Assembly: GCF_009914755.1 (NCBI RefSeq)
Contig: NC_060926.1
DNA length: 64,000 nt
Source: the human T2T-CHM13v2.0 reference genome, Homo sapiens
Direction: 5' to 3' (one strand)
In this document: piece after piece, positions 55,739 through 64,000 of the stretch
Layout: each line of letters begins with the position of its first letter
Numbering within the stretch: the first letter of the stretch is position 1
Notes under the pieces: model-generated
Databases searched by the model: none
What the model saw: the letters and a program-made list of their open reading frames with translations, nothing else
What the model was told of the DNA's origin: nothing
Position numbers and translations under genes: made by a program

Positions 55739-58585
55739 TAATAGGTTACCACACCAGCTGTCCGAGAGGGGTGGCTCAGGCTTCCATCAGCTTTAAATTC
55801 CAAGTTTCCCTTTTATAGGGTTAGAACAATGAGACGGATATTCTAGTTCATCCCACCTCTCAGTATTGTGCTCAGATAGCAATTACTAACTTTTCCTTCA
55901 CAACTTATATGCAGAAGATACCTGTGAACCTTATGGTACACACACAAAGAAATGAGATAATCTGAATTTCAGAAGTATGCAAGCTAACGAGCAAGGTAAG
56001 TATGTCAGCAACTAGTCATGAAGTACAAAATGAAATAACTAAGAGGTTGCAAATGAGGATGGAGGAGAGTTGATTTTGATTGGGGACGGGTGACTTTGAT
56101 CAGAAAAGGTTTCTTGAATGTGATGCCATTTAATATCCTTCAGTGTGAGTAGGGTTTTGATTGGGGACAATGACATTAGGGTCAGATGAAATTACATAAG
56201 AAAGGCCTAGAGTGTTGGAGAATATGGCACTGTTGGGGAAACAGTATGGGTAAAGAATCTTGCTAGGAATTTAAGAACAAAAATGCATTCCAGTTTTTGA
56301 GCAGAATAATATTCTCACCTAAATTTTGGTTGAGAAATACAACTCTAGTATCAGTGAGAAGACCAGATTGGAAAGGTGTACATATCAAATGCTTCTTGAC
56401 AGGGCTGCTGAGCTTTGCTTGGACATACCAAATTTCCATAAGGCCACCTGCAGCAAGTAGAAATTCAACCCTACTTTTCTTATGCCTTGGGGAGTCTTCT
56501 TCTTTGTTGCTTGAGGCCTTGGGTCTCCACATCAGTGCCATTAGCTGATCTCAACTACTCCCAGCAATCCACAGAGGGGGCAAAATCTCTCTGTTTTGTA
56601 TTACACTAGAAATACCCTTGGAAATACATAGTAGAAACATAGGTAGCTGTTTACAGACCAAAAGGAAAAATCAGTAAAGCAAATGTACAATATGCTAATA
56701 TCACTTTAATATTTAACTTTTCTATTTATGATGGTTATTATATATGTTTGAAGATCCATAAAATTGATTTTCTACCCACTAGGGAATAAATGGGCTATTT
56801 AAAACCATAGGCCCACAAACAATCCCCTGAGGTGCATGAGAGCACATTTCCCTTCTGATAATCACCCACAATTAGAGCAGACTCTTTCAGATACATAAAT
56901 TAAAGCAATAAAATGAGATAACTATAAATAGCCTTGCTGTTCACACTGAAGGAATTGAGCTGTAAACCACAAATCCTCACCCAAAATAACTTGGTTCTCT
57001 AGTTGCAAGCACTGATAAGAATAGGTTATGGAATCACCAGATGGGAAGAAATTCTAGTCTAGTGCAAATCTTTTCTTCTAAACTAGATTGGATCAAACCT
57101 CCTAGAGGGACAAGAATCTGTCTTGTTCTAATCATTCAGATCAATGAGTAATTTGCAGATTAGTCTGAAAAGAATTGAGAATGCTGGTGAGCGTTCTTTA
57201 CAGGTCACACCTACACAGTATCCCTCCCCTAAAAGGTGAGAATCGGGCAAAGACTGGCAGATTTCAGGGGCTGTGGCGAGTGCTCAGGGACAGATCTCTT
57301 CTCATCCCTGGTTAGGATGCTTGAGGCTAGGTGGAGTACCTGAGACTGTTTCCTGGAGATGCTTCTGAGGTGCTAAGTCTGAAATCAGGATGCCTAACCA
57401 GGGGCTTGAGGGGAGACTGAGGCTCAAGATAGGGAACCAAAATAGGATGAACAGTCAAAATCAGAGGCTCTGAAGGGCTTGGGAGGATGGGCTGCATCCT
57501 CTTAAAAGATTAGAATGAGGTGAACCACACTTTCATTTATTGGCATTAAGTACAGACAATTCTTCCTCAAAACAAGTTTTCTTAACATGAATTGCTTGAA
57601 AGACAATTGGCTAATTAGGGAGCATGTTTTGCATAACACAGATATCTTTGATCATAACAATTCCAATCAAGAACTACACCAAAATAAGAAAAATGAAAAA
57701 GCTGTGGCTAGCACAGTCTGGGAATACATCACTGCTTTGCTGTGTGGCTGGCTGCTCATTTAACTCTGATTGCTTTTGTTTATCTCTTCCTTATACCAAT
57801 TTTGCGTTTTGTCTATAATAACAATGAAGGTGATAGAATTGTGTTAGAGACCCTCCAGATCCTAACCGCATCACCCATGGAAACAATTACGTTTATAATA
57901 AATTTTTTGGTAATGTGAGCTGTCCAGAGAGTACAATTATTGCACTATGGCAGAATAGGCATTTCATGTACATTTCTTGGCTTTAAATTTAGTACTACTC
58001 ATTTCAAAATTACAGAAAATGACAAAAAGTGTGCTTGGAAAGATACACCCTCAAGGAATTTATAATCCAGTTTAGATGAGACCTGCTCATTTCTCTAGCC
58101 ATTCAATGAACCACACTTTTCTCAAGAAGCTAAAATTTTTAATCAAGTAAAATGTAGGGCAGTTATTGTGTGTTTAGTGAATGAACTGGGTGAGTCCAAA
58201 ATAGAAGACAAGAAACAGTCACCAGTCACATCACATTCAAACATGAGTTATCACAGATCATGTTGTCCCTATATCTCTCTGTTTTGAGGGCCCCTTTATA
58301 AGAATGGTGTAAAAATAGGATCTGAGTTACTAAGGAGGACACTTTTCATATTCCCCTCTTGGATATTATTACAGCCATTTTCCCTGAGTGTTTAACGTTT
58401 CATTTTCAAGGCCTCTTCTAATTGGCTAATAGTGCCTGCCTGGAGCACTGGGTTGAGTAGGATGCCAAAGCCATGACTTGGCTCAGAACAATCCAGTGCC
58501 TGATTGATTAGTACTGTCTAGCATGATTGTGGGAAGGAAGTATGTAGGTGCGGACACTGAGAATTGGCCTTCTTGGGTTTTAGAA

Positions 58586-58892
<307 letters not shown>

Positions 58893-60197
58893 TAATGAGG
58901 ACATTCAGGGAGACCCTTCCAGAAAGGCAGAGGCCAGGGGGAAGGTTGCCTAAAAGGATGGCCAAAGAGAGTCTGAGAGAGTGAACAAAGCTGGTGGCTG
59001 GAGTCAGGAAGAACTTGATTATTCCATGGTCTCAGAGTAAGCCACTCACTACTGCCCTGAAAATTAATGGAGAACTAGAATTTCTCTCCACCCAGAGACT
59101 AGGAGGCATTTCAAGAGGGGGCTGAAGTAGAATATGCTTGAGGTCCACTGTGGAAATTAGGTGAGACTACACAAGCTTTCAGAATAGACCCTCATCAGGA
59201 GTGTGTGGTGGGATGAGACAAGCTGAATTTCATTTAAAGCTGTATCTCAGATATGCTGGCTGCATCTTAGATTCACTTGGGGAGCTTCACAAACCTATAT
59301 CTGCCTGGGGGGCTATCCTAGACAAATTAAATTATTATCTTTTGGGGGCGAGCCCAGGCATCTTATTTAAAAAAAAGATTGTGGGCCACTGGCCTAGAGA
59401 AGGAAGAGCCAGTATGGTGGTATTCCCAGTTAATGAGTAGGCTCAGCAAACTCATTCTGGAAAAGAAGGATCAGAAATGAATCATGGTGAAAACATTTGA
59501 GAAGCCCTCCATGCTCACCTCCAAATAGTAGTCCACTGACCTCCATCTTGGGCTCCATCTGAAAGCTTGGAGGCCTGAAAGGAGGATTTCATTCAAGGTC
59601 TTCGCCACCAAGTCTGAGCTGAATAGAGAGAGTAGGAAGAAAATAGGAGCTGAAGGTAGGACAGGGAGAAGGGAAAAGGAAACATGAGGAAATAGCAAGA
59701 GCTATGGAAAGGCAAGGGCTCTCTCTGTCTTTAAAGGTGTTTGTAAAATATTGCTTAGGGTCTGGAAGCATGAGAAAATCAGATGAAGGAGATAGGGGTG
59801 CTTAACTGGGGAAAAGAAACCATAGGGACAGTAACTGTCTTCCAATATTTGAATGGAAAGCCAGAATGACCTAATCTCCTAATAATGCCAGCCACATGCC
59901 AGATTCTAGAGCAAACAATATCCAAAACTCTTGGCAGGTAGAACACATTAGACTTCTTTAGTGTTACTCTAGAGACAGAATTAGGACTGGGATGTTTAAA
60001 GTTCCAAGGGTGCAGAATTCAGCTCAACCACAAGAGGAAATTTCTATGAGAGACAGTTGAGAGGGGTGGAAGGTCTTTACAGTCCAATACACTGGGTCTA
60101 AGTCCTGGGCCTACCACTATTAACTGTGCGATTGAGAAATGTACTTGAACTATCCGAGTTGCTATTTCCTAACCAACAAAATTAGGGCAAAAAATAA

Positions 60198-60591
<394 letters not shown>

Positions 60592-61495
60592 GGCATTTTT
60601 CTTGTTGCTCTGGAATTGACAACTGGAATCCAAAGCTGAGGCAAAGAAGTGTCAAGGAGCAAACAATTAAGAAAAGTAAATGAATGGGGATCAGGAATCC
60701 CTTTCAGGGCTGGTTAAGAAGTGGCTGAACTTCCTCTGCTTCCCTAATCTTCATCTCTACCACCTGCTTCCAGTCCATATAAACAGATCGGGGCAAGAGG
60801 AGAGACTGTTGGTGAGTCATCTGCTTCCTTGGGGGGGCTGCAGAGTGAGGAGGTGCTTTTCCTGCTCCCTCCTCACTCACCAATTTGATGTCTGCTTATA
60901 CGTAGACGGCCTGGCCCACCTCTGTCCAATGTGACAAGTAGAAAAGAGAATTGGAAGGAGGCAGAGAGAAAGGGTAGAGTGCTGCAGCTCCCATGCCTAC
61001 CATTTAGCATTTGGTGATGGAAGTGTGATTTCACAGATCAAAGGAACGCATAGAAAGCAGCCAGCCTTGAGCCTGTCTCACCCATATCCCACCCAAGAGA
61101 ACTGGCTGCCAGGAAAGTGGACCCTGGTAACAACAACAACAATAAAAACCAGTGGGGTGAATCACCAAGGGTAGGAGCAGATGGTAGAGACTGTGAAGTG
61201 GGAGGCATCTGTGGGGCTTCTGGAAAATTCACATAAGCATCAGTGAGGAAGCCAGTATTTGGATGTCTGCCACCAGCTGCCAGCCCTGGCCAGGCAGGTG
61301 AGAAACACTTGTCTGTCTCTCCTGTTCCTCCTCACTAGTCCACACAGATGGGAGGACTGCACAGAATAGAGGAGGATGCTGCCGGAGCAGGTGTGCTACT
61401 CCACACCCTGAGTCCCTCTGGTGGGGGCTGGCCAGGGCTGGCGGAGTGGACATTGGTCATTGCATTGGACCCAGACGGAAGCTTTAAATTGGACT

Positions 61496-61957
61496 TGCGA
61501 AAGGAAAATATCTTGGGCTTCCAAAATCACTAAGGAAAACTCAAGCTGGAAACTGCTTAGGGCAAACGTGTCTCGCATTCTATTCGCAGTCTCCCCTCTG
61601 CTCACTGAGATAGATTCATATCTGACTTGCCTCCTTTGGAAAGGCTAATCAGAAATCCAGAAGAATGTAACCGTTTGTGTATCAGCTATCTGTGACCTGG
61701 AAGCTCCCTCCCCGCTTCGAGTCTTCCTGCCTTTACTTCAAGTCGTCCTGCCTTTCCAGATGGAACCAATGTACTTCTTACATATGTTGATTGATGTCTC
61801 ATGTCTCCCTAAAATGTATAAAACCAAGCTGTGCCCCGACCACATTGGGCACATGTCTTCAGGACTTCCTGAGGCTGTGTCATGGGTGCATCCTCAACCT
61901 TGGCAAAATAAACTTTCTAAATTAACCGAGCCCTGTCTCAGACCTTCAGCGTTCACA
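61496..61957 (+). mobile_element. ERV1 solo LTR, MER4A1-like
   Basis: TG...CA ends, gaaaggaaaatatcttggg start, TATAAAA near 61817, AATAAA near 61907; perfect 4-bp TSD GACT. Confidence 0.85.
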
Positions 61958-62899
61958 GACTATACCGAATCGGGCTGTTAATCTTTGAAAGTGACTGGAA
62001 CCCTAGAGATCTAACCAAGATATTGTCAGGGAACTCAGCAGAGAGATCGTGAACATGGCAGAACTGAAGGCAAGTGACTGTAGAAAAATAAATTATTTCA
62101 CGCCTGTACTTCCTACGAACAAGGATTGTTTAGTAAACTAGATGTGGTAGCCACGATTTTCATGATCAACAGAGTGGCAACAGGCAAGACTGAATGATGG
62201 GGCTTTGGGGAATTGCACTGGCGATGAATCACCCTGAGATTATGCAGGTGGGGTTTCCCCTGAAGGGACTGGAACTGCTCACTGCCAGCTGTCCTCAGAA
62301 GAGGTCAGTCATGGGGCGGGAAATCAGAATGCTGGGACTAGAGTCAGTCTGACTGGATTTCCCAGGAAAGGTGACTGTTGAGTCCCCAGGGCACTTCCTC
62401 CTGGAGGGGGAAGGACCTGTGCCTGGCACTGACTTATTCTCTGTTTTCTGTTTCCTTTCCATTGTCCCTGAACCTTTATTGTGATCTGATCAGTGTCTCA
62501 AATATTTTGACTTCTGATGTCCTGAGAGGAATTAAGGGGAAAGGTCCACAACCAACCCCTGAGGCAAAGCAGAGGAGGGTTATGACTTCTGTCCTCAGGC
62601 CACAGCAGTGGTGGCAGCCACAGGCACCAGCTGAGAACAGCTTTGCCCCAGAGGGACCAGTTTCTGAATACACATGACAGAGCACCTTGAGAGAGTCTCA
62701 AGATTCTTTAGCAGAACAGGGGACACTGGGAGTAGGGGCAGAGGGCACTCATTTTTGTCAATAAAACTAGTGTGAGTCAAACTACGATGGCTTCAGTTAC
62801 ACTATAAATAGAATTATCAAACAAGGGGACAAGCTCCTTGTCCCTACAAGTGCTTAAAAAATAAATATTTTTCTTTTAAGGAGTTTTCTAATGGTGTTC

Positions 62900-63080
62900 C
62901 TATGACATTAATTTATTAAACATTTAACATACTTTGCACTTACTGTATATCAAGCATTGTGCTAGGTTCCTTACATACAATTTCTATTAATAACCTGGTT
63001 TTGTAGTTGAGGAAACAGAAGCTTACAAAGTGAAATAAGTTGCCTTAGGTCTTGCAAATAATCAGTAGTAGAGACCCCCA
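62900..63080 (-). mobile_element. MIR SINE
   Basis: caagcattgtgctagg...tgaggaaacagaagctta...aagttgccttaggtc. Confidence 0.6.
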
Positions 63081-63234
63081 AAGGTGAGCACACTAGAATA
63101 CACCAGCCTAGTCGGGGAGGATGACCATCATGGAAAACCACTCACTGATGGAGATGTGCACAAATTGTTTTGGGCGCATATGACTTAGTGTTATGGGAAA
63201 GGGAAGAATAGAGGGAGTGGTCAGAGAAGGTATC

Positions 63235-63544
<310 letters not shown>

Positions 63545-64000
63545 TAAAAGACGTGTCTCCAAGGCTGAGTCTTAAAGATGTGCAAGCAGTTAAAAGAAGA
63601 AGGAGGAAGCCTCCTGGGGGCAGGTGAGAGGAGGCTGACACTCCAGACGAAAGGGCCAGCCAAGTGATTCTCACAGAGATAGATCAATAAATATTAAGTT
63701 GAATGACAACATGGGCAAAGTCACCTAATCAAGACACCACATAGCTCTGGGGTGACAGGAGGAGACTCCATGCCTGTCAGGATGAAGTGCAGAGGGCGAG
63801 GCCAGGGAATGCCGGTGAGGCTGCAGATAGCACAGGTGGCCGTGCGCCAGAGGGAGAAGAAGCAACTGTGTGGACGGCAGAAATGTCTGGAGGTTGTTTT
63901 CTGAGAGTGGATCTTGGAATCTAAGATTTCTGAAGTGGAGCACTTCCAGATGAGAGGATCCATGGAGTGATGGCTGGCAATGCTGCCTGAAATGAACAAG

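Overview
Human (primate) genomic DNA containing the complete coding region and 3' end of NAB1 (NGFI-A/EGR-binding corepressor 1) on the + strand. Seven coding exons (2469-3306 with ATG at 2488, 13626-13759, 16404-16455, 27044-27133, 28782-28944, 30507-30623, 33567-33655 plus 3'UTR) splice in frame into a 1464-nt CDS (487 aa, MAAALPRT...IKTEPEDSR*). A 3'UTR of about 2.4 kb ends near AATAAA at 36059. The promoter and upstream non-coding exons are not recognisable in the window. The introns and the ~28 kb downstream are AT-rich and repeat-dense: about 24 Alu elements or monomers (including a near-consensus AluYa5), old L1/L2/MIR fragments, DNA transposons (MER58A, MER44B, Tigger4a-like, MER5A-like) and solo LTRs (MER34-like, MLT1B, THE1, MER4A1). 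Almost all other ORFs in the track are Alu-derived or chance ORFs. I found no evidence of a new multi-gene system. The most interesting signals concern RNA processing. The geometry of the first coding exon predicts a 356-aa protein from a 3-exon circRNA and a stop-free rolling-circle ORF from a 2-exon circRNA. There is also a NAGNAG acceptor, two intronic poly(A) candidates, clustered miRNA seeds, a nested-palindrome insertion in a MIR, and an orphan textbook exon ~20 kb downstream of the gene. Repeat subfamily names and boundaries were assigned by eye and are approximate.
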